DNA from: a virus
Virus record (IMG/VR): IMGVR_UViG_3300042556_001828
Coordinates: 9,373 to 73,372 of that record
Strand: one strand, 5' to 3'
Length of the DNA: 64,000 nt
Position 1 is the stretch's first letter, and each line of letters starts with the position of its first letter. Below, piece after piece: positions 1 to 10,133 of this stretch. Position numbers and translations under genes: made by a program. Under the pieces are notes generated by a model. That model searched no databases. It worked only from the letters and a program-made list of their open reading frames with translations, and was not told the DNA's origin.

Positions 1-1071
1 GGTGCACTCGATGACGTAAGTGTCGTTCTTGGCACCAGCGTAGGCACCCAGAATATCAAGGTCGCCCATCACGCCGTTCACGGACTCACCAGTCGCGTTA
101 ACGCCGTCGGCGTCCGACACCGCTTTGACCTTTTCGTAGGTCTGCTTAACGTCAAACTTCCACTTCTGGCCGACCACGAACTGGTCGAGGTTGACTGTCG
201 TGAAACGTACCGACAGGCCGCGGGTGCCGATAAAGGTCACGCCATCAGCATCGTCGAAATCATTCGGCTGAATTTCAGCCACGTCGTCGGTGCCACTGGC
301 AGACGTGACGCGCAGACGCGCGGCAGCGCAACCAGCCACCGAACTCTTAACAACTTCGACAACGTACTCTTCCTCGACGTAACCGGCGGCAAGGCCGTCA
401 TAATCGTTGGCGCCTTCGTCCTCAGCATCCAGCACGGTCACTGCCACGCTGTTGTCAACGCCATCAATTTGCGAAACTGTAACGTCAACGCCGTTAACGC
501 TTAAGGCTGTATAACTGTCTTGGTTGTTTACGTCAGCCGTCGCCGGCAGAATGCGCGACGGCACGAGGTCGCTGGCAAAGCCAGTGACGTACGTGCTAAG
601 CACAGTCTCTTCGCAGTCGTTGTCGGCGCTTACGCTCCGAAGCTGAACGACGTCGCCGAGCTGTACGTCACGATCAAAAAACACACCGGATCGCGGGTAG
701 GCCGCGCCGTTCGACTTGAACGACAGCGTGCTGGACTGAATCCAGTTCATCTTGCCCGGGACGGCAGTGATAGTTGTATCACTCTCGCCGAGATTGTGCA
801 CGTAATATTGCAGCATGGCGTCGTCGATGTGAACCTTCACATACGGAAGGTCAACAACCGAACCCGGCTGGCGCTGCGGCCACGGATAGCATGTGTCGTT
901 CAGCCGGTCGTACGTGCCGAGCAGCGTGTGCTTCTTTTCATCCGTGTTGCTGTAACGATGGAGAACGGCGTGAGGGCCGGCGATGTGAGCGCGCAGCGGC
1001 TCCGTGATCTCGGTCGGGACGATCTTGAATTCTTGGAAAACGAGAACTTGGGGTTTTACGTAGCTCGACAT
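1..1071 (-). CDS. Probable tail sheath / large structural protein, N-terminal part (runs off the window edge)
   Basis: Translated by hand from ATG at 1071: MSSYVKPQVLVFQEFKIVPTEITEPLRAHIAGPH..., open to position 1. The Y-x-x-P-x-V-x-V-x-Q-E start resembles contractile sheath proteins. It follows the neck genes and is absent from the ORF track because the window has no stop. Confidence 0.6.
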   Translation of the reverse strand, partial: MSSYVKPQVLVFQEFKIVPTEITEPLRAHIAGPHAVLHRYSNTDEKKHTLLGTYDRLNDTCYPWPQRQPGSVVDLPYVKVHIDDAMLQYYVHNLGESDTTITAVPGKMNWIQSSTLSFKSNGAAYPRSGVFFDRDVQLGDVVQLRSVSADNDCEETVLSTYVTGFASDLVPSRILPATADVNNQDSYTALSVNGVDVTVSQIDGVDNSVAVTVLDAEDEGANDYDGLAAGYVEEEYVVEVVKSSVAGCAAARLRVTSASGTDDVAEIQPNDFDDADGVTFIGTRGLSVRFTTVNLDQFVVGQKWKFDVKQTYEKVKAVSDADGVNATGESVNGVMGDLDILGAYAGAKNDTYVIECT

Positions 1072-1168
1072 GCGTCAGCCTCCGTGCCTAAATTTGTGTG
1101 CGGTATGGTGCTCAGCAGTAGTATACACAACCACGCGTTTCAAAAAAAAATACACGACCGCAAAATTC

Positions 1169-1879
1169 TTAATAGGACAGTAAATCTGATGCCTTAAAGA
1201 CAATCCGCTTTAAACGCGGTACGTACGGCTGGAGCGTCCAAGCTTCCTCGGCGACATACGAAACAGTGACAGGTACGGCATAACCCTGTACAACTTCTTG
1301 AATCTCTCCTATCCCACCAACCTCGGCCACAATAAACCGGTGAAGGTTCATTTGGTCGCGGATGAGGGGCGAAAAATTGATTAAAAACTTAACGACTTCC
1401 GTCGTTAAAAATTCGGTTTCAGCGCCGTTTGGAGACAGGCAATACAGTGTGTGACTGCCCTCCCACACTCCGGCGTACGCATCAGCACCAGTATACTCAT
1501 TTTTACTTGCCAAATCACCAATACCCTGCCGCAACCATTTCCAGCCGTTGCGTTTAATTAACACAGCCGGGCGTTTATCGGCAGTTTGGGGCAGCCAACG
1601 AGTAATACTTTCTATCAAAATGCCGCCGGCGTTCAAACCGTTATCTACCGGCTGCCACGCGCCAAGGTTCTGGATGTGCTTCCGTACGCGCGGCTCGTCA
1701 ATATTGCTCGGGTCAGAGAAGTGCCCGATTAACAATTGCCGTAAAAGCCCGGTCATAACGTGCGGGCGCATACCATAAGAACATAGCGTGCTGACCTTAT
1801 CAACACGGTTCTCCGGCTCGCTGCCCGGCGGGAACTGGGCTTCAACCTCTGGCGGATTTGAGTCGTCGTAGGTACTCAC
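1169..1879 (-). CDS. Putative tail-completion/terminator-like structural protein
   Basis: 236-aa ORF between the neck genes and the sheath-like gene; RPAVLIKR segment and beta-rich C-terminus. Function inferred from synteny. Confidence 0.5.
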   Translation of the reverse strand: MSTYDDSNPPEVEAQFPPGSEPENRVDKVSTLCSYGMRPHVMTGLLRQLLIGHFSDPSNIDEPRVRKHIQNLGAWQPVDNGLNAGGILIESITRWLPQTADKRPAVLIKRNGWKWLRQGIGDLASKNEYTGADAYAGVWEGSHTLYCLSPNGAETEFLTTEVVKFLINFSPLIRDQMNLHRFIVAEVGGIGEIQEVVQGYAVPVTVSYVAEEAWTLQPYVPRLKRIVFKASDLLSY

Positions 1880-2033
1880 GCAACGGGTCCTTTTTTGGCT
1901 GTTCCAACATCTTTACGGGCGGCAACATTTTCGGCAGTTTTGACCCAAGCTTGATTTTGGCTAGTTGCGGCACGTGCTTGGCCGCTTCTTTGGCAGCATT
2001 GGCTTCGGCTGTTTCGTCCGCATTTTCGCGCAT
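1842..2033 (-). CDS. Small hypothetical protein
   Basis: ATG 2 nt after the upstream stop; 63 aa; overlaps the next gene start. Confidence 0.35.
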   Translation of the reverse strand: MRENADETAEANAAKEAAKHVPQLAKIKLGSKLPKMLPPVKMLEQPKKDPLREYLRRLKSARG

Positions 2034-2035
2034 AC

Positions 2036-3298
2036 TTAAATCGCCCAGAAGTCATTTTTGTCCGCTTCTTTGGCCGGTTTTGTCTGCACAGGTATGTTAC
2101 GCGACGCACTTGGCTTTAATACAGGTGCGACGTCGGCCGCGTTGCTCATAATAGCGGCCGGGGCTGTCACTGTGAGCGCCTGCACGTCTGGGCCGTAATC
2201 GCCGACACGTTCAAATAACAAAACGTAATTACCGGGATTGAGCTTTAAACCTGTGTCCCAACGCCCGCTTCCTGCCGTGTTTGCCCGCGCAATCGCGACA
2301 TCACGGGCTGGAAAACTGGGTTGCGCCGCGGCATAGACGGCCGCTGGAAACACGTATACTGTCGCCCCTTCAATTGGGCAGCCGGCGCCATTGTAATAAG
2401 CTAACGTATCGGGCCCGCCGTAGTTATGGTCTACAAGCACGCTCCCGGCGCCTACAATTGGTCGCCTGTATACCGGTGTTTCTGCTGGCGCGCCGGTAAC
2501 GTCTAACGCGTAAATTGGGTTGCTAAACGGCATTAAACCCAGCTGCACGTTATACACAATGGGTACGTTACGTAGCGCCGCAATGATCTGAATTGATTCC
2601 ACCAGCCAGCGCTCATCACTGGCGGCGTTAACCCAGACGTCATTTTTATTTAGCGCCGGAAATCCGATTACGCGGGCTGTGATATATGGATTGTCGCGTG
2701 TTGTGCCTTTAAGCTGCTCGTCAACTTGTTCCGTAATCGTCGGCAGCGACAGGTCCCAGCACTGCAGTTCCAGCGGCGGATGATAGCCAACCCTAAACCC
2801 GGTACCTTGGCAGACGGGGCAGTCCGAGTCTGTGATTTCTTGAGTTAGCTGGTCACGGCAGCGCGGACACGGCTCACCAAAACGCATTGGTTTGACTAAA
2901 TAGCCGGGCGTCGCAACGAGCCTATTGCGCACTTGTTCTTTGCGAATAATCTCACGCGACAGCGCCCAGTCGTGCTCGTTTAGTTCGCCGAAACAGCTGG
3001 CCGGTTGCGAGACGTATGTTTCCGCCGGTGTTGTGAGCGTGACGCGGTAATGGCTGAGTAAATCGTAGCCAGAGTCGTGCCAAGCCGGGTCATAGGCTAC
3101 AAAGCCGTTGGTAACAGGCGGGCCAATGTTTACCCAGTCGTTGGCGTTGCGCAGCCCTGTTTTGCCGAACTGCAGCTGGAATACATACGGTCCCGGCTGC
3201 TTAAAATCTGTTTCAAGCTGCCACCAGACACGGGTAACGCCGCGGACCATATGATCCACAGATACGCGGCGAAAAGGGAATATGCGCTGTTGCGACAT
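2036..3298 (-). CDS. Putative neck/head-closure protein with Zn-finger (CPRC...CPVCQGTG)
   Basis: 420-aa ORF; CxxC...CxxCxGxG motif seen in large-phage neck proteins; synteny. Confidence 0.55.
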   Translation of the reverse strand: MSQQRIFPFRRVSVDHMVRGVTRVWWQLETDFKQPGPYVFQLQFGKTGLRNANDWVNIGPPVTNGFVAYDPAWHDSGYDLLSHYRVTLTTPAETYVSQPASCFGELNEHDWALSREIIRKEQVRNRLVATPGYLVKPMRFGEPCPRCRDQLTQEITDSDCPVCQGTGFRVGYHPPLELQCWDLSLPTITEQVDEQLKGTTRDNPYITARVIGFPALNKNDVWVNAASDERWLVESIQIIAALRNVPIVYNVQLGLMPFSNPIYALDVTGAPAETPVYRRPIVGAGSVLVDHNYGGPDTLAYYNGAGCPIEGATVYVFPAAVYAAAQPSFPARDVAIARANTAGSGRWDTGLKLNPGNYVLLFERVGDYGPDVQALTVTAPAAIMSNAADVAPVLKPSASRNIPVQTKPAKEADKNDFWAI

Positions 3299-3300
3299 GT

Positions 3301-4320
3301 CTAGTACCGAATACGAATAGCGTCACTGTAAGAGCTGTACTTGTACGTTGACGAAACCTCGCTGTAACACCCCTCAAGATTAATGCTGGCTTTTGTCGCC
3401 CGCACCCAGTCTTTGTACGCCTGCCAGCGCGCTTGTGCCGCGCGTTCGTAATTCGCTTCTTTGTTCTGGTCGTCGACAGACATGCCGCCGGCTGTATAGC
3501 CCAGTTGATTGCGGCGAAATTGCTCCGCGACCATCATGAACAAGTTGGCGCAAATCCCTTCGAGCCAATGATATCTAAACGGAAAATTCTGCGTTGTGTA
3601 CACAGCGTCAATTGGCGGCGGGATCTCGTTCCAGTACATCACAGGGCGCGTAATAGCCAGCGCAATCTCGGCGTCGTCGAACATGAAGTTATCCAGCAAA
3701 AAGCTTTCGCTGGGGCTTGAGTCGCGCAAATGTAGCCGGATCTCAGCAATACTGGGCGGGCCGCCGTAGCCAGCTTGCTCGTTGCCAAACGTGCTGCGCG
3801 CAATAACCACAGAGAATGTGTTGGAAAAAATGACGCAGCGGGCTGTGCCGGCGTCGGCCGGCGCCGTAACAAGGGCCATTTCGCCGTAATAGATGCCCGG
3901 AATACCAACCATGTTGGCGCCAAGCTGTGCCGTTACTTGGCCCGTGGCGGCGTCTGTAACGGTCGCGGGCACTTCAACCGGCGCGTTTCCAACCCCCAGA
4001 GACAGCTGCTCCTTGATGCGAAATACGACGGCGTAGGGATTATTTGGCGGCGTACTCGGACCAAAACCGGCGCCTGTCAGGTCAACCGGTGCGCCGGCAT
4101 TGTCGTGCAGCTGCCACGTAATCGTCGCGCACTGCCCCTGCGTCAACGACACAGATCGCATGCGCGACAGGTTTGGCTTGCCGTTGACCGTCGACACATT
4201 TGAGCTGATGACGTTCTGCCCGATTGCAGCAACCGGTGGCTGCGGCTCTTGCCCGGTGGTGTCTGTGTTATTGCAACATGTCACAATTGGGTGCGGCGCA
4301 GGCGTGGCAATAACTACCAT
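3301..4320 (-). CDS. Putative head-tail adaptor with N-terminal Ig/BppU-like domain
   Basis: 339 aa. Beta-rich N-half (PVDLTGA, TDAATGQV, PGIYYGE) and helical C-half (EIRLHLRD...FDDAEI...YWNEIPP...AGGMSVDD) typical of adaptor proteins downstream of capsid genes. Confidence 0.55.
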   Translation of the reverse strand: MVVIATPAPHPIVTCCNNTDTTGQEPQPPVAAIGQNVISSNVSTVNGKPNLSRMRSVSLTQGQCATITWQLHDNAGAPVDLTGAGFGPSTPPNNPYAVVFRIKEQLSLGVGNAPVEVPATVTDAATGQVTAQLGANMVGIPGIYYGEMALVTAPADAGTARCVIFSNTFSVVIARSTFGNEQAGYGGPPSIAEIRLHLRDSSPSESFLLDNFMFDDAEIALAITRPVMYWNEIPPPIDAVYTTQNFPFRYHWLEGICANLFMMVAEQFRRNQLGYTAGGMSVDDQNKEANYERAAQARWQAYKDWVRATKASINLEGCYSEVSSTYKYSSYSDAIRIRY

Positions 4321-4351
4321 AGTGCTGTTCTCCGGTTATCTCATCAGTATA

Positions 4352-4387
4352 CAAATAGAAAGGGCTGGCCAGTAACGGCCAGCCCTT
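4352..4387 (-). terminator. Intrinsic terminator-like hairpin after the head operon
   Basis: Inverted repeat agggctggcc-agtaac-ggccagccct followed on the minus strand by a T-rich tract. Confidence 0.6.
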
Positions 4388-4414
4388 CCGTGAAACGATT
4401 GCGCTTGCGTGAGA

Positions 4415-4768
4415 TCAGTCGTCGTTCTGGACGAAGTTCGGGTCTGCGCCTTGCGAGTACGACGGGTCAGTCGTACCAAGAACGCGGCCGGCCATCGCCA
4501 GTTCAGCCGTACCGACACCATCCTCGTCGAGGATGTACACAGACGGGGACTTAATGATCTCAAGGTCGCCGTTCAGCAGGGCGCGTTCCAGCGCCTGAAA
4601 ATTCCTCTGGCTACGCTGGGCGCCCAGCGCGCCGACAAGGTCACCGGGGACCGTGAACGTCGCATTGTTAGCCAGCCGCTTGCCGTGCTTGCTCAGAAAG
4701 CCGAACACCCGGTCCGCGCCGGACGTGTTCTTCACTGTTGTATACAGGTCAGTTGTCGTGTTGGGCAT
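4415..4768 (-). CDS. Hypothetical virion-associated protein
   Basis: 117-aa ORF with a GGAG RBS, in the capsid operon. Confidence 0.75.
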   Translation of the reverse strand: MPNTTTDLYTTVKNTSGADRVFGFLSKHGKRLANNATFTVPGDLVGALGAQRSQRNFQALERALLNGDLEIIKSPSVYILDEDGVGTAELAMAGRVLGTTDPSYSQGADPNFVQNDD

Positions 4769-4786
4769 TGTTCACTCCGTTATTCT

Positions 4787-5170
4787 TTAGGCGTTCTGCA
4801 TGGCCGCAGCCGCGGCGGCTTGCAACGTTAAAACAGCCTGCGCAATTGCAGGCGTCGCGGCCGCTACGTCGGCAGCGCCGGCGTAAGCAGACGACTTCTC
4901 AGCGCGGCCGCCAAGGCCCGCGGCGGCAAGTACCTCGTCAAGCTGCTTGTTAGCAGCACTGAGCGAGGATACTTGCGCAGCCGCGGCCTTTTCCTGTTCA
5001 GCCGTGTAGAGCACATGCAGTTTGGACGCCGCCGACCACATTTCTGCGGCCTCGCTTTCCGAGCGCGGGGCAATCCCGTGCGCGGCAAGCTTTTCGAAGA
5101 AATGCGGCGCAGCAAGTTCCGTCACGATTGTGGCGTATGCCTGCTCAGCCGCTACCTTAACATTGTCCAT
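4787..5170 (-). CDS. Ala-rich K-x-A-motif protein (putative internal head protein)
   Basis: 127 aa; KVA, KLA, KAA and KSS motifs; directly after the MCP. Confidence 0.75.
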   Translation of the reverse strand: MDNVKVAAEQAYATIVTELAAPHFFEKLAAHGIAPRSESEAAEMWSAASKLHVLYTAEQEKAAAAQVSSLSAANKQLDEVLAAAGLGGRAEKSSAYAGAADVAAATPAIAQAVLTLQAAAAAAMQNA

Positions 5171-5205
5171 AACTAGTGCTCCTTGTAATTAAAACGTACG
5201 CAATA

Positions 5206-6132
5206 TCACTTGAAGTCAACGCGAGCCAGACCGTTCGTGTGACCGAACGAGCCGCCTTGCGTCTGGTAGGCAAAGTACTCCAGCATGAACGCCTCACGAC
5301 GGATGTACATCGTGGTGGGCTCAAGCTCGTAGTTCTTGCCGATGAACTTCGGCGACGCGAACATGAACAACGAGTCGTCAGGCACAAGATCGCGCTTGAT
5401 CGTAACAATCCAGCGAGTGTTGAGGAAGTTAGTCTCCGCCCAACCGTTCTTGATGATGTCCTGCGAGAAGTCGCCGCCCATTTCGTCGCGGCCGAACTTC
5501 AGCAGTTCCTTGATGGTGATGTTGTTCACCAAGCAAGTCTCCACTTCGAAGTGCGACGGCGTGCGGGGCATAACCTTCAGGGCGTCAACAAGCGTCTCAC
5601 GGGTGATGCCGCCGCTGATCTCCTCGTACTGCACAACGCCGCTAGCGACGTTAGCAACACCAGCAGTCGGCAGCACGGCGTTGAAGGCGGCAATAAACTT
5701 GCCGTCTTCCTCAGCGAGCATGTCCTTGATCATGTTGTCGCTGAGCACCTGACGAATGTCGATGACATACGTACGGAGTTCGTCGACGTCCTTCACAGCG
5801 CGGGGCGACACGATCCGGTCAAACATGACGCGGTAACGCGGGCCACGGATGTAGAAGTTGATCGGGAGTGTCGCAAACGGGAGCGACACAGCCGCCGGGG
5901 AATCGGGCTCCTTGTCCACAACCTTGACGGGCTTGTCAGTGTCAACCTGACGGTCCAGCTCGTCGTTGGTGATGGTCAGCGGGGGCATAATCCGACGGTA
6001 GAAACCGTCTTCACGCATCTTGGTGCGCGTGAAGTCGTTAACTGCGTCGATGGCCTGCTTCTGCATGCCGGGGGTATCGAGCTGCTCAAACAGTGTTTCG
6101 TTGAGCAGTTGTACTTCTTGCTGAGTGGGCAT
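5206..6132 (-). CDS. Major capsid protein (HK97 fold)
   Basis: About 308 aa from MPTQQ (GGAGG RBS at 6141-6145). REDGFYRRIMPP and spine-helix-like DIRQVLSDNMIKDMLAEEDGKF. Gene order protease-scaffold-decoration-MCP. Confidence 0.8.
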   Translation of the reverse strand: MPTQQEVQLLNETLFEQLDTPGMQKQAIDAVNDFTRTKMREDGFYRRIMPPLTITNDELDRQVDTDKPVKVVDKEPDSPAAVSLPFATLPINFYIRGPRYRVMFDRIVSPRAVKDVDELRTYVIDIRQVLSDNMIKDMLAEEDGKFIAAFNAVLPTAGVANVASGVVQYEEISGGITRETLVDALKVMPRTPSHFEVETCLVNNITIKELLKFGRDEMGGDFSQDIIKNGWAETNFLNTRWIVTIKRDLVPDDSLFMFASPKFIGKNYELEPTTMYIRREAFMLEYFAYQTQGGSFGHTNGLARVDFK

Positions 6133-6170
6133 TGTGGGAACCTCCATGTTCCGAGTAGTTAAAAGTTAGG

Positions 6171-6740
6171 TCAGTCGATAGTGGCAGCAGTGCCGGCGGG
6201 CAGATAAACGCTCCAGAACGAAAGTGTCTGGACGCCGTTATGGTTATTCGACGCGCCGCTGGAAACAACACCGCAGACCGCGTTGACGTACTGAACAGCG
6301 CTTTGGTTCGTCAGCACGCCGCCCGTGGAGGCAACGCTAGTCGAAGTACCGGCTGTGAGCAGGTCGCCGGGGTTATAAGTCTGCGAGGTGTCGAATTCAG
6401 TCGAAGCAATCTCGTAACCGCCGGTGGCAACAAGACCCGACAGCTTGCCCGAAGGCGAAACGGCCTGATGCATGAACTTGCCGCCAGCTGTCGTGCCGGG
6501 GTTGCTGACGTCGGCATCGCCGGCGCCGTTCAGCAGGAAGATCGCCATGTGCGAACCGCTAACACCGGGAAGGAATACTTCCTTGCCGGCAGCCAGTTCA
6601 AGATGCACAACGCGACCGCGCGGAACATCGAACGACACAGAACTCGACAGCTTGGCCGAGTAGTCAAGGGACGCCATATCGAACCAGCCCTTTTTAACGT
6701 CAAGGCCGTGTTCGAACATCAGATCGGGAGCGTAAGCCAT
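6171..6740 (-). CDS. Putative capsid decoration/cement protein
   Basis: 189 aa, Gly/Ser/Thr-rich beta protein (YNPGDLLTA, VCGVVS) immediately before the MCP; GGAGG RBS. Confidence 0.6.
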   Translation of the reverse strand: MAYAPDLMFEHGLDVKKGWFDMASLDYSAKLSSSVSFDVPRGRVVHLELAAGKEVFLPGVSGSHMAIFLLNGAGDADVSNPGTTAGGKFMHQAVSPSGKLSGLVATGGYEIASTEFDTSQTYNPGDLLTAGTSTSVASTGGVLTNQSAVQYVNAVCGVVSSGASNNHNGVQTLSFWSVYLPAGTAATID

Positions 6741-6802
6741 TGTAAGACCTCCATGTCTTTGTCAATTGTGGGAACATCATGTTCCCGGGTAGTTAAACGA
6801 AT

Positions 6803-7231
6803 TCAGGCAGTGGGCGGATTCAGACCAAGGCCGGTGAACAACTTCACGTCAGAAGCCTTGAGGCGACCATCGCGGGCACCCACATACCCGCTCGTCAAAC
6901 TAGCCGACGGATCATACCCAGCTGTCTTCGTTGTCGAAGACAGCGGAGCACCAATGCGAGACAACTCAGCCGCGTTTTTATGCGAGGCCAATTTGATCAC
7001 AAGTTCCATCGCGCGGACCGGATCCCGAAGGGCAGCGTCAAGCGCCTCCTTCTGGTGGGCTTCAATGCGCTCATTCTCAACGCAAGCCTTCACAGCTTCG
7101 GGGATAAGCCGAGCCAGCTTTTCTTGCGTTTCTTCTTGAGCTTTGATTACGGACGCGGCCTTAGTCATCGCGGCATCGGAAAACCCGATGTAGTCGACGA
7201 TCTTCTGTACGAGAGCGTTGTTTGTAGACAT
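6803..7231 (-). CDS. Head-assembly helical protein (K-x-A motifs)
   Basis: Start MSTNN with GGAGG RBS; TKAA, EKLA, IKLA, TKTA. Confidence 0.7.
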   Translation of the reverse strand: MSTNNALVQKIVDYIGFSDAAMTKAASVIKAQEETQEKLARLIPEAVKACVENERIEAHQKEALDAALRDPVRAMELVIKLASHKNAAELSRIGAPLSSTTKTAGYDPSASLTSGYVGARDGRLKASDVKLFTGLGLNPPTA

Positions 7232-7247
7232 TAAAACCTCCGGGATA

Positions 7248-8618
7248 TCAACGGTTGACAAGTTCAATAACGTGCTGCTTCATCATATCGCGGAGTTCAC
7301 GCGACCGCTTGGTGCGCGCTTCCTTGATCTGAAACTTGCCAGCTCGTTTAAAATTCACAACAGCGCGGCCAATGGTGTCCAGCTCACCAGCCGGTGTAGC
7401 AGCCGCCAGCTTTGGCGCGCCGCCCATCGCAGCCGGGTCAACCGGAGCCTCACCACCCATGCCGCCCATAGCGTCAGCCTCGCCGCCGGCAGGAGCGCCG
7501 CCGTGAGAAATAGCCTGAATCAGTGCTTCCGGCGGAATACCAAGCTCTTGCAGAGCCATAGCAAGTTCCTGCACGGCGTCGTCTTCCGACGGCGCGCCGC
7601 CCATTTCGCCGCCCATTTCGCCGCCCATTTCGCCGCCCATTTCGCCGCCCATTTCAGGGGCAACGCCGCCAGCAGCTTCTTCAGCCGCAACCGGAGGAGC
7701 GTCACTGGCACCAGAGGCTGCATCGGCCGGAGCCGAGTGATCTTCGCCCTCAGCAGCTTCTTCAGTCGGATCAGCGGCTGCAGCCTTGGAGCTAGCAAAC
7801 CCGATAAACAGGTCAGCCATTTCGTCGGCTTCACGAATCGTGTTAGCGCAAACTTCGCGCACGGAAGCTTCAGCAGCAGCCTTGTCCATGCCGAGCTGCG
7901 CAGCCAGCTCGTAACCAGCGTTAAACGCGGCTTCTTTGCCATCGCGCAGCGACTTAAGATCCGAGCCTTCAATCTTTCCGTCTTTATCGACGTCAAGCTT
8001 CTTTTGGCCGCCCTTTAATTCGCCGGTCGGCGCATTACCGGCTTCCTCTTTTTTTTCTTCGATCTTCTCCTTCAGAAAAGCCGGCATCTCAGCCTGCTTA
8101 TCAAGGTTCGCGGTACCGAAGTTAATGAGGTTGGCCAGAATGTCGTTGCCGAGGTTGCTGCAATGCGCACGGGCTTCCTTGAAGTTTACCGAGCTATACT
8201 TCTCGCCATCATTGGTCTTGGCGGGATGCGTGGTGCCCGGGTCATCCTTGGTGCCCTTGTAATCGCGCTCAGCGGCGGGATCTTCGCCGGTCGCAGCAAC
8301 ATTCGTGTTGATGTTGAGCTGCACGTCGTCTTGACGACCTTCTTGCGACATCTCTGGTGTGTTGTCAACGGCAAGAGCGCCTTGCTGCTTCTTGATGTCA
8401 GCTTCGTACTCGCTCGCGCGGGCGCCGGTGTTGGCGGTTTGCACGTCGTTGTCGACGCTGGTGCTGGGGTGAGTCGAGGCGCCCTGATAGCCACCCGGAT
8501 CGGACGGCGTGGGGCCAGCGACCTTCTCGGCGGCAGACTTCACAGAGCTTTGCGAAATCTCTTCAGCCAGAGCGTTAAGTTGAGCGAACAGTGAACGTTG
8601 CATCCGTGCCATGGTCAT
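7248..8618 (-). CDS. Scaffold-like acidic low-complexity head protein
   Basis: 456 aa, acidic and Ala/Gly-rich; between protease and MCP; many K-x-A sites; DVDKDGKIEGSDL EF-hand-like segment. Confidence 0.65.
   Translation of the reverse strand: MTMARMQRSLFAQLNALAEEISQSSVKSAAEKVAGPTPSDPGGYQGASTHPSTSVDNDVQTANTGARASEYEADIKKQQGALAVDNTPEMSQEGRQDDVQLNINTNVAATGEDPAAERDYKGTKDDPGTTHPAKTNDGEKYSSVNFKEARAHCSNLGNDILANLINFGTANLDKQAEMPAFLKEKIEEKKEEAGNAPTGELKGGQKKLDVDKDGKIEGSDLKSLRDGKEAAFNAGYELAAQLGMDKAAAEASVREVCANTIREADEMADLFIGFASSKAAAADPTEEAAEGEDHSAPADAASGASDAPPVAAEEAAGGVAPEMGGEMGGEMGGEMGGEMGGAPSEDDAVQELAMALQELGIPPEALIQAISHGGAPAGGEADAMGGMGGEAPVDPAAMGGAPKLAAATPAGELDTIGRAVVNFKRAGKFQIKEARTKRSRELRDMMKQHVIELVNR
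7600..7656 (-). repeat. 12-bp coding tandem repeat (GGEM) x about 5
   Basis: cccatttcgccg repeated; encodes EMGGEMGGEMGGEMGGEMGG in the scaffold-like protein. Confidence 0.9.
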
Positions 8619-8658
8619 CTCCTTTGGGTTCTAATCGTTTTAAACGACTAGCTTCCGT

Positions 8659-10116
8659 TCATGTAACATAATTTTGCAGTACACAGTGGTTTGCTGTCAA
8701 CCAAGTATTTCCATATTTTTCGCAGACCAGAGCGCAGGCAGCAATCTTATACAAGGCGTAATGTTGCGCAAGAGCTGTTTCTGCTGTTCCGCTTGCTTGT
8801 TTCTCAGATGGAAATTCAACCGGTTGAACGTTACGAATTGCGGCTAAATAAGCTCGTTTCTCGACGTTAGTCGGTAATACGCTATGAGTGCGCGCTACTT
8901 TTTCTGCCCATACGCGCACTGCTGGTGCCGCGCTTTCTGAAGGCAAATATACGTTATTTTCTAGTAACGACACAACTTCTGGATCGTTAGCCACCTTTGA
9001 AAAGATGTTGGGCAGCGCAGTTGCTACAGCGCCAACAAGCTGGTCGTTTGATGCCTTAACGGTGAGCTGCAAAAAGTCGCGCAGCGGAAGGATAACACCC
9101 GCGTCAGCCAAACCGCTTAACACCCCAGCTATTTTAACAGCCGGACAGGTATTCATATCAATAGGCGGCTGTACGGTCGGCGCCGCTGCCAGCGCAACTT
9201 GCATCCAGCCTGAAGCGTTGGCTCCGGCCAACTTTTCAGCCTGCACAAGTTGTGTTAACGCTTCTAGCTGTAACTGCGCGCGTTTTGACAGGCCGCCGGC
9301 GTCAAAGCCAATAGGCGCTGTTACGCCCAGCTGCTCAGCCAGTTCCGAACCAGACAGAACGCCCACACCAGCAGCTTTTTCAAGCTTTCCAGAAACATAC
9401 GCAATGCGATCAGCCGGGCGGAAAACATGAGAAATGTCAAAAAAGCTAGGGTTGGGATTGTCAGCGTGTAAGACGTGCCCGTCTTCCATAACACGACCGA
9501 TATTGTGCTTAAGTCCGCCAGCTTTGCAATGGCCACCGTTTTCAATAGCGTCGCAATACTCAGCCCGCGTCTTGGCCGAGTTACCGCAGGACGAACACTT
9601 ATCAAACGGGATCTTGCAGGCCATCGAGACGGCAATGTCTTTATCGTTAGCCAGCTTCTCAATCTCTTTGTCAGCGATTAAACCGCCGTTACGCTCAGCG
9701 GCTTCTTTCGAGCCGTTCAGCGCGCAGACAAGTTCAATTCGGCGCATCGGCTCGTGGTAGGCGCTGGCTTTAACAATACCAAAGCTCTTGGCCGGGTTTT
9801 TATTGGCGTGGTCCCGATAGAACCGCGCAAACTTCTCAAACGTCGGGTGGTACTTCTCGCAGCACTCGCGGGAAAAGCCGTCACCGTTACGATTGGGGCC
9901 GTAGTCTTCCGTGGCGCCGATGGCGATCAGGTGCACAGGAACTTCATCTTTTGCGAATTTAATGTGCTCCAGCTTGTGCGCAAATTCGGCGCCAGCGCGT
10001 TTCACAAAATCTTGCTTGTCGGCGCCAATCAGGCCGCGGCTGGAGATTTTAATCAACGACGCCACCGGCTCGCTGAAGTCTTGCGCGTGCGGCTGAATAA
10101 CTTTGATCATGCTCAT
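8659..10116 (-). CDS. Prohead maturation protease with Zn-binding insert
   Basis: NRNGDGF, H-A-N-K-N-P-x-K-S-F-G, VSMACKIPFDKCSSCGN...EYC and FFDISHV motifs typical of large-phage prohead serine proteases; precedes scaffold and MCP. Confidence 0.75.
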   Translation of the reverse strand: MSMIKVIQPHAQDFSEPVASLIKISSRGLIGADKQDFVKRAGAEFAHKLEHIKFAKDEVPVHLIAIGATEDYGPNRNGDGFSRECCEKYHPTFEKFARFYRDHANKNPAKSFGIVKASAYHEPMRRIELVCALNGSKEAAERNGGLIADKEIEKLANDKDIAVSMACKIPFDKCSSCGNSAKTRAEYCDAIENGGHCKAGGLKHNIGRVMEDGHVLHADNPNPSFFDISHVFRPADRIAYVSGKLEKAAGVGVLSGSELAEQLGVTAPIGFDAGGLSKRAQLQLEALTQLVQAEKLAGANASGWMQVALAAAPTVQPPIDMNTCPAVKIAGVLSGLADAGVILPLRDFLQLTVKASNDQLVGAVATALPNIFSKVANDPEVVSLLENNVYLPSESAAPAVRVWAEKVARTHSVLPTNVEKRAYLAAIRNVQPVEFPSEKQASGTAETALAQHYALYKIAACALVCEKYGNTWLTANHCVLQNYVT

Positions 10117-10133
10117 GGCGTGTTCCTAGCGAG

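Noticed and set aside
7520-7996. ORF with KWAA repeats
   Set aside because: Alternative frame of the 12-bp GGEM repeat within the scaffold-like gene.
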